Shown one piece after another: positions 40,324-49,149 of a stretch of 64,000 bases of DNA. Made by a program: the position numbers and the translations under genes. The notes under the pieces are model-generated. The model had not been told where the DNA came from. It made no database searches and saw only the letters and a list, made by a program, of their open reading frames with translations. Source of the DNA: an uncultured Nitrospiraceae bacterium (GTDB lineage: Bacteria > Nitrospirota > Thermodesulfovibrionia > Thermodesulfovibrionales > UBA6898); the NCBI GenBank assembly GCA_963811165.1, contig CAWEQH010000001.1, forward strand, positions 608,001 to 672,000, written 5' to 3'. Within the stretch, counting starts at the first letter, position 1, and each line of letters begins with the position of its first letter.

Positions 40324-40476
40324 TCTGGGCTACCTCTGCGTATCCCGGTTTTTTGCCCGGTGAAGAGCTTTTTCCGCAGGACGGGTCGGGGAGTCGGCGA
40401 CGTCCCTCACAGTAAGTTTCATTTCGGTTCAATCTATCTATAGTGTTAAGGAATGGAAAAGTTATAAAAACTCTCT

Positions 40477-40506
40477 AAAATAAATCAATACTTACAGGCT
40501 TGTCAA
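40477..40506 (-). promoter_or_regulatory. Candidate sigma70 promoter of the ehr operon
   Basis: Minus strand TTGACA-18 nt-TATTTT, about 150 nt above hyfB. Confidence 0.45.
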
Positions 40507-40566
40507 GAGGCAACAGGGCGCCTCCGGTGGATCGTTTGTTCTGTTTTCCGATGGACGGGTTGTTGG

Positions 40567-40728
40567 TCAGTAAGGACGGAAGAGAGGTATATGTATTTTG
40601 TTGCTGTTTTCTTTTTTTGGCTTCTTGCAGTCCTTTGGCAGGCACATGCTGCAGCGGGTCTTGCTGCAATACTGGCAGAACGTGCAATCGGGGCAGGGGT
40701 TTTTCTTCAAGACGCCTTTCTTGTCCAT
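40567..40728 (-). CDS. Small Cys-rich putative metal-binding protein (53 aa)
   Basis: MDKKGVLKKNPCPDCTFCQYCSKTRCSMCLPKDC...: seven Cys in 23 residues. Confidence 0.6.
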   Translation of the reverse strand: MDKKGVLKKNPCPDCTFCQYCSKTRCSMCLPKDCKKPKKENSNKIHIPLFRPY

Positions 40729-40948
40729 AGTATTAGTATATGCCTGCAGCTGCATCGGGGTAAAGCGGGAAGGCGGCCCGCGTCTGCTTTCCCCCGGCAA
40801 TTTTACTTATGATGTACTCTCCCACTCCCGGCCATATCCCGTCCATTGACTCGGGAGCTGCAAATCCTATACACTTAATACCTCTGTTTGTATCAAACCG
40901 CTTCAAGGTGGAAAAGCCTGAGGACTTTAACGAGTGAGGTATTAAGCT

Positions 40949-42445
40949 ATGTCAAATGAGAATATCGAAAATTCTTCTGATGCAAATCATAATGGAAGCA
41001 CTGAAGTTGCTTCGGAGGTGAAAGAGGACTTTGCAGAACTCCTTGCCAGCAGCAAATCCAAGCAAGGAAGGCTTGATCCCGGCCAGAAGGTCAGGGCGAA
41101 GGTCGTGAGCATTTCCGGCGATCTCGTCTATATCGATCTCGGGGGGAAGAGCGAGGGCGTTATCGATATCGCAGAGTTCACGGCCGAAGACGGGACGGTT
41201 TCCGTGCATGCCGGGGACGAGATTGTTGCATTCTACATCAATGTAAAGGACGGCGTAAGGAGGCTTACGACAATGGTGAACGGCTATTCTGCGGCCACAC
41301 TGACCGCTGTCCGCGACGCCTTTGAGGCCGGGGTGCCGGTGAACGGGACGGTGAAACGTGAAGTGAAAGGGGGCTTCGAGGTGTCTGTCGGAGGGGTACG
41401 TTGTTTCTGTCCTTTTTCTCAGATCGATCTAAAGGGCGGACGCGAGGGGGGCGTCTTCCTGGGGCAGACATTCCCTTTTAAGGTCCTTGAGTACGAGGAA
41501 AACGGCAGAAACGTAATATTATCGAGAAGGGCGCTCCTTGAAGGGGAGAAAAGGGCCAGGACGGACAAGCTTAAGGAAGAGCTCTCTGTGGGCATGACCA
41601 TGAAAGCCACGGTACGCGCGATACAGAATTTCGGGACCTTTGTCGATCTGGGCGGTGTCGACGGTCTTATCCCCGCCAGTGAGATCTCATGGGACAGGTC
41701 CAGGAGGCCTGAGGACACGTTTTCGGTGGGACAGGAAGTGACTGCAAAAATAATAGCCCTCGACTGGGACGCAAACCGTTTGACATTGAGCATGAAGGCC
41801 CTGGAACCGGACCCATGGCAAGGTGTTGAGCAAAGATATCTTGTCGATACGAAAGTCAACGGCACCATAATGCGGCTTGCCCCGTTCGGCGCCTTTGTCA
41901 TGCTTGAGCCGGGTGTCGAAGGCCTGATCCATATCTCCAACCTCGGCGCAGGTAGACGGATCAACCACCCTAAAGAGGTGGTAGAGGTGGGACAGGCGGT
42001 TGAGGTATATGTGCTTGCCGTCGATCCGGAGAAACGAAAGATATCTCTTTCGATAGAGCAGAAAATGAAAGCCGAGCCGGTCGTTCTTCCTGCTGTTGGT
42101 GAACGCGTCGATGGTACGGTCGACAAGGTGATGTCCTTCGGCATCTTCGTGAAGATCGGAAGCGGCCTGAGCGGTCTCATCCCCAACTCCGAAATAGGCT
42201 CGACCGGAAGCAAGGACATCAAACGTGCGTTTCCCCAGGGCGCCAAGGTCCAGGCTATTGTGGTCGAGGTAGATCAGGGGAGCGGCAAGATCCGGCTGAG
42301 CCGCAAGGCCGTTACGGACAACGAATCGAAAGAGGAATACACGCAGTATGTAGATTCCGCCAAACAGGCAGAATCTTCGTCAAGCCTGGGCAGTCTCGGG
42401 GACATCCTCAAGGCAAAGCTCGAAGAAAAGAGAAAGGCCGGGTAA
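40949..42445 (+). CDS. rpsA: 30S ribosomal protein S1-family protein (five S1 domains)
   Basis: IDLGGKSEG, FCPFSQID, FVDLGGVDGLI, FGAFV.LEPGVEGLIHIS and FGIFV repeats; C-terminal SLGDIL. Confidence 0.88.
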   Translation: MSNENIENSSDANHNGSTEVASEVKEDFAELLASSKSKQGRLDPGQKVRAKVVSISGDLVYIDLGGKSEGVIDIAEFTAEDGTVSVHAGDEIVAFYINVKDGVRRLTTMVNGYSAATLTAVRDAFEAGVPVNGTVKREVKGGFEVSVGGVRCFCPFSQIDLKGGREGGVFLGQTFPFKVLEYEENGRNVILSRRALLEGEKRARTDKLKEELSVGMTMKATVRAIQNFGTFVDLGGVDGLIPASEISWDRSRRPEDTFSVGQEVTAKIIALDWDANRLTLSMKALEPDPWQGVEQRYLVDTKVNGTIMRLAPFGAFVMLEPGVEGLIHISNLGAGRRINHPKEVVEVGQAVEVYVLAVDPEKRKISLSIEQKMKAEPVVLPAVGERVDGTVDKVMSFGIFVKIGSGLSGLIPNSEIGSTGSKDIKRAFPQGAKVQAIVVEVDQGSGKIRLSRKAVTDNESKEEYTQYVDSAKQAESSSSLGSLGDILKAKLEEKRKAG

Positions 42446-42494
42446 GCCCCGGCAACACTAATACGAGCAGGCACCGCATGCCGCCTCAAATTAT

Positions 42495-42621
42495 GTCATT
42501 CCGGCTTGTCCGGTAACCCCTCCCTGCCTCCCCTTATCAGGGGAGTATCCGCCCCTTCCCCCTTGATAAGGGGGGATAGAGGGGGGTTGGTTTCCCTATG
42601 CGCTTCACTTGCGGGAATGAC
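42495..42621. repeat. Nested palindromic intergenic repeat (REP-like outer element, second palindrome inside)
   Basis: Outer IR gtcattcc...ggaatgac; inner imperfect IR 42515-42544 / 42557-42588; lies between the convergent rpsA and uvrB. Confidence 0.78.
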
Positions 42622-42652
42622 GACAATGTGGCTTTAATTCAGAACTCTCTTT

Positions 42653-44647
42653 TTACACCTTTGGACCGACTTCAATCATCTTCTTTTTGATCTCTTTTAT
42701 CCTGTCCCTGATGGCAGCGGCCCGTTCGAAGTCCAGTCCACCGGCCGCTTCTTTCATCTCCTTTTCGAGTCTCTTAAGGGTCTCGTCGTCAAGGACGTAT
42801 TCCGCCTCTTCCTCTGCGGCGGCGGGCACCGTCCAGTAATCCGACTCGTAGATCGAACTCACGATATCTTTGATGTTGCTCTTCACCGTCTCAGGGGTGA
42901 TATGCATCTTTCTGTTATATTCCTCCTGGATGCGTCTTCTCCTTTTGGTCTCGTCGATGGCTTTCCTCAGGGAACCGGTGATGACATCGGCATAGAATAT
43001 CACCTCTCCGTTGACATTTCTGGCGGCCCTTCCGGTTGTCTGGATAAGTGACCTCTCCGACCGGAGGAACCCTTCCTTGTCCGCATCGAGGATCGCGACG
43101 AGCGAGACCTCGGGCAGGTCGAGCCCCTCTCTGAGCAGGTTGACTCCTATGAGGACATCGAATTTACCGAGCCTCAGGTCCCTGATGATCTCGACGCGCT
43201 GGAGGGTATCTATGTCGGAGTGAAGGTAACGTACCCTGACGCCTAGTTCAGTGTAATAGTCCGCAAGGTCCTCCGCCATTTTTTTGGTGAGGGTGGTGAC
43301 GAGTACCCTTTCACTTTTCTCCGCCCTTTTCCTGATCTCCCCAAGGAGGTCGTCGACCTGTCCCGAAACGGGCCTCACCGTAGGTTTCGGGTCTATCAAG
43401 CCTGTGGGACGTATGATCTGCTGGACCGTCTCTCCTCCCGACTTTTCTATCTCATACGGAGACGGGGTCGCGGAAACGTATATCGCCTGGATCACGCGCT
43501 TTTCGAACTCATCGAACTTCAGCGGTCTGTTGTCCAGGGCCGAGGGGAGCCTGAAGCCGAAGTTGATAAGGGTCTGTTTTCTGGACCGGTCACCCTCGTA
43601 CATGCCCCTGATCTGGGGGACTGTGGCGTGGGACTCGTCGATGACAATCAGGAAATCGTCCGGAAAATAGTCTATAAGCGTATAGGGAGGGTCCCCCTCC
43701 GCCCGGCCGCTCAGATGCCTCGAATAATTCTCTATGCCGTGGCAGTACCCGAATTCCTTCAGCATCTCCATGTCGAACCTGGTGCGCTCCTCTATCCGTC
43801 TGGCCTCGATGATCTTCCCCTGTTTCAGGAACCGCTCGACGGCCTCCTTCATCTCTTTCTCAATGCCTATAAAGGCGGATTCGAGCCGGTCTTTCGGCGT
43901 CAGCCAGTGGCTGTTGGGGAAAAGGGCTATCTTGTCCAGTTTTTTTAACCTGCCTCCCGTCAGCGGATCTGCTTCGCTCATTGCGTCTATGTCGTCGCCG
44001 AAAAACTCGACCCTTACAACCCTGTCCAGCGCGAAGGGAGGATAGATCTCGACGATATCACCCCTTACCCTGAAGCTCCCCCGCTTGAAATCGGTGTCGG
44101 CCCTGGCGTATTGCATCCCGACGAGCCTGTCGAGGACCACATCGCGCTCCACATGCATGCCCTCCTCCAGGAGAAGGTGCATGTCCATATAGTCCTGGGG
44201 CGAGCCTATGCCGTATATGCAGGAGACGGAGGCAACGACGATCACATCTCTCCTTTCGAGCACCGCGCGTGTGGCCGAATGTCTGAGCCTGTCTATATCG
44301 TCGTTGATCATCGCGTCTTTTTCTATGTAGGTGTCCGTAGTGGGGAGATAGGCCTCGGGCTGGTAATAATCGTAATAGCTGACAAAAAACTCCACTGCGT
44401 TTTCCGGGAACAGTTCCCTGAATTCTCCGTAGAGCTGAGCGGCGAGCGTCTTGTTATGCGCGATGACGAGGGCAGGTCTGCCAAGGTTGGCCACGACGTG
44501 TGCGACCGTGAAGGTCTTTCCGGAGCCGGTCACTCCGAGCAGTACCTGGTGCCTCTTCCCGCGTAAGGCCTCACCCGTAAGCTTCTCGATGGCCCGGGGC
44601 TGGTCGCCCCTTGGTGTGAACGGGGATGTCAGGCTGAAAAGCGACAT
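42653..44647 (-). CDS. uvrB: Excinuclease ABC subunit B
   Basis: [35 protein letters not shown] motifs and UVR tail. Confidence 0.98.
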   Translation of the reverse strand: MSLFSLTSPFTPRGDQPRAIEKLTGEALRGKRHQVLLGVTGSGKTFTVAHVVANLGRPALVIAHNKTLAAQLYGEFRELFPENAVEFFVSYYDYYQPEAYLPTTDTYIEKDAMINDDIDRLRHSATRAVLERRDVIVVASVSCIYGIGSPQDYMDMHLLLEEGMHVERDVVLDRLVGMQYARADTDFKRGSFRVRGDIVEIYPPFALDRVVRVEFFGDDIDAMSEADPLTGGRLKKLDKIALFPNSHWLTPKDRLESAFIGIEKEMKEAVERFLKQGKIIEARRIEERTRFDMEMLKEFGYCHGIENYSRHLSGRAEGDPPYTLIDYFPDDFLIVIDESHATVPQIRGMYEGDRSRKQTLINFGFRLPSALDNRPLKFDEFEKRVIQAIYVSATPSPYEIEKSGGETVQQIIRPTGLIDPKPTVRPVSGQVDDLLGEIRKRAEKSERVLVTTLTKKMAEDLADYYTELGVRVRYLHSDIDTLQRVEIIRDLRLGKFDVLIGVNLLREGLDLPEVSLVAILDADKEGFLRSERSLIQTTGRAARNVNGEVIFYADVITGSLRKAIDETKRRRRIQEEYNRKMHITPETVKSNIKDIVSSIYESDYWTVPAAAEEEAEYVLDDETLKRLEKEMKEAAGGLDFERAAAIRDRIKEIKKKMIEVGPKV

Positions 44648-44655
44648 GACCTGCG

Positions 44656-45348
44656 TCAGTGACTTGGTTTCTGCATGCCGTTCAGTGCGGAAATGAACTT
44701 CTCCGTATCCGAAAGGTCCTCAAATACCACATCTGCGCCTGCATCCGCAAGGACTCCGTACTCATAAGGGCCTGTCGCTACCGCAACGGCGAATGCCCCG
44801 TAAGGTTTTGAGCACTCTATGTCTCTCGGCGTATCGCCGATGACCACGCAGTCCCTGAAGCCGACCTTAAGAGAGGTCCGTTCATATAATTTTTCGACGG
44901 CCACGGGAAGGAGTTTGTTCCTGTCCTCTGAATCGTCTCCGAATGCTCCGGTCTGAAAATATGAATCGAGCCCGAAGGCCCTGAGTTTGACCATCGCCCC
45001 TTCCCGGATATTGCCGGTGAGGAGGCCGAGTATGGACCCGTTGTCGGACTTGAGGACCTCGAGGGCCTTTTTTATCCCGGGCTTGACCTGCCCTTTTTTC
45101 TCATCGATAGTATTCCTGAGATGTCTGATATAGCTCTCGAAAAATGCAGGGACCGCCCCGTTTACACCGATGCCGTGCAGTTTCAACCCCTCCCTGAGTA
45201 TCTGCATGTCGGTCTTTCCGGCCATGCGGATAGTTTTAAAAGCGCCGGGGACCGAGAAGGTCTCCTCAAAGGCGAGGTCCAATGACCGTGTCCCTGCCCC
45301 GCCTGAATCGATAAGCGTCCCATCGATATCGAAAAGTATGTATTTCAT
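44656..45348 (-). CDS. HAD-family hydrolase (phosphoglycolate phosphatase-like)
   Basis: [13 protein letters not shown] and VIGDTPRD motifs. Confidence 0.9.
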   Translation of the reverse strand: MKYILFDIDGTLIDSGGAGTRSLDLAFEETFSVPGAFKTIRMAGKTDMQILREGLKLHGIGVNGAVPAFFESYIRHLRNTIDEKKGQVKPGIKKALEVLKSDNGSILGLLTGNIREGAMVKLRAFGLDSYFQTGAFGDDSEDRNKLLPVAVEKLYERTSLKVGFRDCVVIGDTPRDIECSKPYGAFAVAVATGPYEYGVLADAGADVVFEDLSDTEKFISALNGMQKPSH

Positions 45349-45398
45349 AAGTTAACGATAACCAGCGGAGAGGCCCGAAGTCAACTTTCCTTAGAAGG

Positions 45399-45462
45399 TA
45401 ACCCCCCCCGGGCGCCCTGTCTGCCGCCAGGCTTAAGATAAGAGCGGGGTTAAGGGGAGTTA
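45399..45462. repeat. Degenerate palindromic repeat remnant
   Basis: taacccccc...ggggagtta ends with gataagagcgggg, resembling 42557-42588. Confidence 0.4.
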
Positions 45463-45580
45463 TGAATTTCCTGGGTAAGAGAGATTTTCTTGACATCGGC
45501 CGCCCTTTGACCGAAAAATACGGGATGGAAGAAGTGTTTCAGCGTGGAGTCGGCGACATCTTGAAAAGGCGGACAGACGG

Positions 45581-46063
45581 ATGAACTGGTATGCCGTTTA
45601 CACTAAGGTGAAGGCCGAAGGTGCTGTCGCCCAGCTCCTGAGCAAGGCCGGCGTCGAGACCTTAAATCCTAAAATAAGGATAAGGAAGTACGTAAGAAGA
45701 AAATATATCGAGTCGGTCGAACAGCTCTTCCCATGTTATCTATTCGCATTTTTTGACGAAGGGGACCAGGGCCATATGGTACGGTATACGCGGGGCGTGA
45801 GATATATCGTCGGCAAGGAGAACCCCTTGACGGTCCCTCCCCAGATAATAGAAGTCATCCGGGAGAGGATGGAGGGCGACATCGTCGAACCCCTGTCCGA
45901 AAAATTCGACAGAGGAGAAAGGGTTTTGGTAAAGGAGGGCCCCTTCAAGGACTTCTACGGCATATTCGAGCGCCATATTCCCGGCAGGAAAAGGGCCACG
46001 TTGCTCCTCGAGACGCTCTACTTCAGGCTCGAAGTAGAGAACAGATCGTTGGGAAAGCTCTGA
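45581..46063 (+). CDS. NusG-paralog antiterminator (RfaH/UpxY/LoaP-like)
   Basis: NWYAVYTK, LFPCYLF, YTRGV and KOW-like GERVLVKEGPFKDFYG; directly upstream of a polysaccharide operon. Confidence 0.9.
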   Translation: MNWYAVYTKVKAEGAVAQLLSKAGVETLNPKIRIRKYVRRKYIESVEQLFPCYLFAFFDEGDQGHMVRYTRGVRYIVGKENPLTVPPQIIEVIRERMEGDIVEPLSEKFDRGERVLVKEGPFKDFYGIFERHIPGRKRATLLLETLYFRLEVENRSLGKL

Positions 46064-46120
46064 GCCGTTCGAACGCATCCTCGCGCCAAAGTTGCCGGTG
46101 GATCGCGGCCTTATCAATTC

Positions 46121-46167
46121 TTGATATTTCCCGCCAGAATTGGGTATTATTAGTTCAGTGGCTGAAC
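46121..46167 (+). promoter_or_regulatory. Promoter with overlapping palindromic operator candidate
   Basis: TTGATA-18 nt-TATTAT (46121-46150), then GTTCAGtggCTGAAC (46153-46167). Confidence 0.55.
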
Positions 46168-46212
46168 GCACAAAGGGCCCGCTAAATTTTGTTCTGTGTT
46201 ATGACAGGAAGC

Positions 46213-46224
46213 GGCGGTAGCCTG
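46213..46224 (+). promoter_or_regulatory. ops (operon polarity suppressor)-like element
   Basis: GGCGGTAGCCTG matches the RfaH ops consensus GGCGGTAGnnTG, in the operon leader. Confidence 0.8.
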
Positions 46225-46324
46225 TCCGGAATCGGGTTTTTTACTCTCCGCCTCTGGCGTTTGTAATCGATTCCCGACCCTCAATTCCAACTGGTTGCTG
46301 TGTATTTCTTACTTCTGATCGTTC

Positions 46325-46726
46325 ATGGATGAGACCCATTTCAATACCCTCCGCGAATTAGCGAGGGACGGCTCACTCTCCCAGCGCGAGCTTTCGAGGA
46401 GGATGGGACTGAGCCTGGGCAGGGTGAACTATGTCGTGAACGCGCTCCTGAAGAAGGGATACATAAAGGCGAGGCGCTTCAAGAACTCGAAGAACAAGAG
46501 CGCCTATATGTATGTGCTTACGCCGGAGGGCATAAGTACGAAATTCACACACACCTACGGATTTCTCCAGAGGAAACTGGACGAGTTCGAGAGGCTGAAG
46601 AAAGAGATAGAGATACTAAGACGAGAGACGGACGAGGTAAAGTCCCCGCAGGGGACGACCGAAGGTCCCAAGTTCAAAGTGGGGAATACGGGACCGGACA
46701 AAAGCGGTAAAGAGCGGCTTTTATAA
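46325..46726 (+). CDS. MarR-family EPS-associated transcriptional regulator
   Basis: SQRELSRRMGLSLGRVNY, NSKNKSAYMYVLTPEG and FLQRKLDE motifs. Confidence 0.9.
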   Translation: MDETHFNTLRELARDGSLSQRELSRRMGLSLGRVNYVVNALLKKGYIKARRFKNSKNKSAYMYVLTPEGISTKFTHTYGFLQRKLDEFERLKKEIEILRRETDEVKSPQGTTEGPKFKVGNTGPDKSGKERLL

Positions 46727-46759
46727 TAAGATAATTACTCCGGAAAAAGGGGAGATTCC

Positions 46760-47773
46760 ATGTCTAAGATATTGGTGACCGGCGCAGCGGGGTTCATAGG
46801 CTTCTTCGTATCGAAAAGACTCGCCGAGCGGGGAGACGAGGTGGTGGGACTCGATAACCTCAACGACTATTACGACGTCAACCTCAAGCTTGCAAGGATC
46901 AGGCAGATGGCGATGGAGAGGAACTTCAAGCCGGTGAGGATCGACCTGGCGGACCGGGAGGGGATGGCAAGGCTTTTCTCCGAGGAGCGGTTCGATGCGG
47001 TCGTCAACCTGGCGGCCCAGCCCGGGGTGAGGTATTCCATGGTCAATCCCTTTGCCTATGCCGACAGCAACCTCAGCGGTTTTCTGAGCGTCCTCGAAGG
47101 CTGCCGCCATACGGGCGTAAAGCACCTTGTATTTGCCTCATCGAGCTCGGTGTATGGGGCCAATACGGCGATGCCTTTTTCCGTCCACCATAACGTCGAC
47201 CATCCTGTGTCGCTTTATGCGGCGACGAAAAAGGCGAACGAGCTGATGGCGCATGCCTATTCGAGCCTCTATGCCATCCCCTGCACCGGACTCAGGTTCT
47301 TCACTGTGTACGGCCCTTGGGGAAGGCCGGACATGGCATATTTTCTGTTTACGAAAGCGATCAGCGAGGGGAAGCCTATCGATGTCTTCAACCACGGCAG
47401 GATGAAGAGGGACTTCACCTACATCGACGACATCGTCGAGGCGGTAGTGAGGGTCATAGACAGGATACCCGGACCGGACCCCCTCTGGAGCGGTGAGGCC
47501 CCGGATTCTGCAACGAGCTACGCGCCCTACAGGCTTTATAACATCGGCAACAATAACCCCGTCGAACTCCTGAGGTTCATAGAGATCATCGAGGACTCCA
47601 TGGGCAAAAAGGCGGTGAAGAACTTCCTCCCGATGCAGCCCGGGGACGTGCCCGCCACTTACGCCGACGCCGGCGACCTGATGAGGGACGCGGGCTTCAA
47701 ACCTTCGACCCCGCTTGAAGAGGGACTGAAGAAATTTGTGGAATGGTATAAGGGATATTACAAGGTTTTATGA
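46760..47773 (+). CDS. NAD-dependent epimerase (UDP-glucuronate 4-epimerase-like)
   Basis: [40 protein letters not shown] and MQPGDV motifs. Confidence 0.93.
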   Translation: MSKILVTGAAGFIGFFVSKRLAERGDEVVGLDNLNDYYDVNLKLARIRQMAMERNFKPVRIDLADREGMARLFSEERFDAVVNLAAQPGVRYSMVNPFAYADSNLSGFLSVLEGCRHTGVKHLVFASSSSVYGANTAMPFSVHHNVDHPVSLYAATKKANELMAHAYSSLYAIPCTGLRFFTVYGPWGRPDMAYFLFTKAISEGKPIDVFNHGRMKRDFTYIDDIVEAVVRVIDRIPGPDPLWSGEAPDSATSYAPYRLYNIGNNNPVELLRFIEIIEDSMGKKAVKNFLPMQPGDVPATYADAGDLMRDAGFKPSTPLEEGLKKFVEWYKGYYKVL

Positions 47774-48600
47774 GCCCTGAGAACGACATACTTGTGATCG
47801 AGGCCGGACGGACGGAAAAACATTACTGGCTGGACCTGTGGAGGTACCGTGAGCTGTTTTACTTCCTGGCCTGGCGGGACATCCTTGTTCGTTATAAGCA
47901 GACGGTAATAGGTGTCGCCTGGGCATTGATTCGGCCATTTCTTACGATGGTCGTTTTTACCGTGGTCTTTGGTAAGTTGGCGAAGCTGCCTTCAGAAGGG
48001 GTGCCGTATCCGATCCTGGTCTTTGCCGCGATGCTGCCCTGGCAGTTTTTTTCGAATGCCCTTTCGGAGGCGAGCAACAGTCTTGTCGGAAACGCTAACC
48101 TGATTTCGAAGGTCTACTTCCCGCGCCTGATCATTCCGGCCAGTTCCGTGATCACGAGCTTTGTGGATTTTCTCATCTCCGGAGCAATCCTCGTCGGCCT
48201 CATGGCCTGGTATCGGTTTGTGCCGGACTGGCGGATTATCACTTTGCCGCTTTTCATCGGGATCGCCTTTGCCGCAGCCATGGGCGCAGGTCTCTGGCTT
48301 ACCGCCCTTAACGTCAAATATCGTGATTTTCGCTACATAGTGCCTTTCATCGTCCAGTTCGGCCTTTATGTTTCTCCCGTTGGTTTTTCGAGCAGTATTG
48401 TGCCGGGCAGATGGCGGTTGCTGTATTCCCTTAATCCTATGGTGGGAGTAATAGACGGCTTTCGCTGGGCGCTCCTGGGAAGCGAGAGCAAAATCTTTAT
48501 GCCCGGATTCATCCTCTCAATGGCAATAGTTGCGGCGCTGCTCATTACCGGCATTCTGTATTTCAGAAAAACCGAGAAGTCGTTTGCGGATGTGATTTGA
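47770..48600 (+). CDS. wzm: Polysaccharide ABC transporter permease Wzm
   Basis: [26 protein letters not shown] and LNPM motifs. Confidence 0.93.
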   Translation: MSPENDILVIEAGRTEKHYWLDLWRYRELFYFLAWRDILVRYKQTVIGVAWALIRPFLTMVVFTVVFGKLAKLPSEGVPYPILVFAAMLPWQFFSNALSEASNSLVGNANLISKVYFPRLIIPASSVITSFVDFLISGAILVGLMAWYRFVPDWRIITLPLFIGIAFAAAMGAGLWLTALNVKYRDFRYIVPFIVQFGLYVSPVGFSSSIVPGRWRLLYSLNPMVGVIDGFRWALLGSESKIFMPGFILSMAIVAALLITGILYFRKTEKSFADVI

Positions 48601-48603
48601 GAA

Positions 48604-48664
48604 AGAATGGAGCAAAGAGCTAAGAGCGTAGAGCCAGGAGTAAAAGCTAGAGCAAAAAGCTAAA
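48604..48664 (+). repeat. Degenerate 7-nt tandem repeat (AGCNAAG-like, about 9 units)
   Basis: agaatgg agcaaag agctaag agcgtag agccagg agtaaa agctag agcaaaa agctaaa. Confidence 0.85.
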
Positions 48665-48672
48665 AACTTAAC

Positions 48673-49038
48673 ATGAATAAATTTCGTTTTGAGAACTTGG
48701 AAATTTGGGAGCGATCGGTAGAGGTTGCGAGGAAATTATTTCGACTGGCTGATGACCTTGAGAAGAATAAGCTGTATCGGTTTGCTGATCAACTCAGGGG
48801 TGCCGGACTCTCCATGCCGAACAACATTGCGGAAGGGGCTGGAAGTACATCAAAAAAGGAGTTTGTGCAATTTCTTAATATTGCCCGAAGATCGACGTTT
48901 GAAAATGCGAGCATGATCATGGTATTTGCCAAAGACGGACTTATTCATGATCGAAAGCGGGAAGAGATAATACAGGAACTCGATGAGCTTTGTAGAATGA
49001 TTACGGCTTTTTCCCGAAGCCTTAAGGAAAAAGGGTGA
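48673..49038 (+). CDS. Four-helix-bundle protein (23S rRNA IVS protein/Avd-like family)
   Basis: FRFENLEIW, DQLRGAGLSMPNNIAEG and EFVQFLNIARRS.FE motifs. Confidence 0.92.
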   Translation: MNKFRFENLEIWERSVEVARKLFRLADDLEKNKLYRFADQLRGAGLSMPNNIAEGAGSTSKKEFVQFLNIARRSTFENASMIMVFAKDGLIHDRKREEIIQELDELCRMITAFSRSLKEKG

Positions 49039-49048
49039 TGATGCTGTC

Positions 49049-49133
49049 TTTAGCTTTTTGCACCTGGCATATGCTTAAAACTATATGCTCTCAGCTCTTA
49101 GCTTTTTTTATCATTTGCTCTCAGCTCTCCGCC
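49049..49133 (-). repeat. Complementary 7-nt tandem repeat (NNNNGCT on + strand)
   Basis: tttagct ttttgca cctggca tatgct ... atatgct ctcagct cttagct ... atttgct ctcagct; reverse complement of the 48604-48664 units. Confidence 0.85.
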
Positions 49134-49149
49134 AACAAGGAGTTAGACT

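Noticed and set aside
36644..40443. Long plus-strand ORFs (36644-37345, 38911-39543, 39589-40443)
   Set aside because: Antisense shadows of hydrophobic membrane-subunit genes
46243..46700. Additional heptamer-like runs flanking the MarR gene (and a similar weak run at the hisA 3' end)
   Set aside because: Periodicity is too degenerate to distinguish from chance by eye
48604..49133. CRISPR array or diversity-generating retroelement around the Avd-like gene
   Set aside because: Units are 7 nt with no spacers and no cas genes; no reverse transcriptase or TR/VR pair was seen in the window
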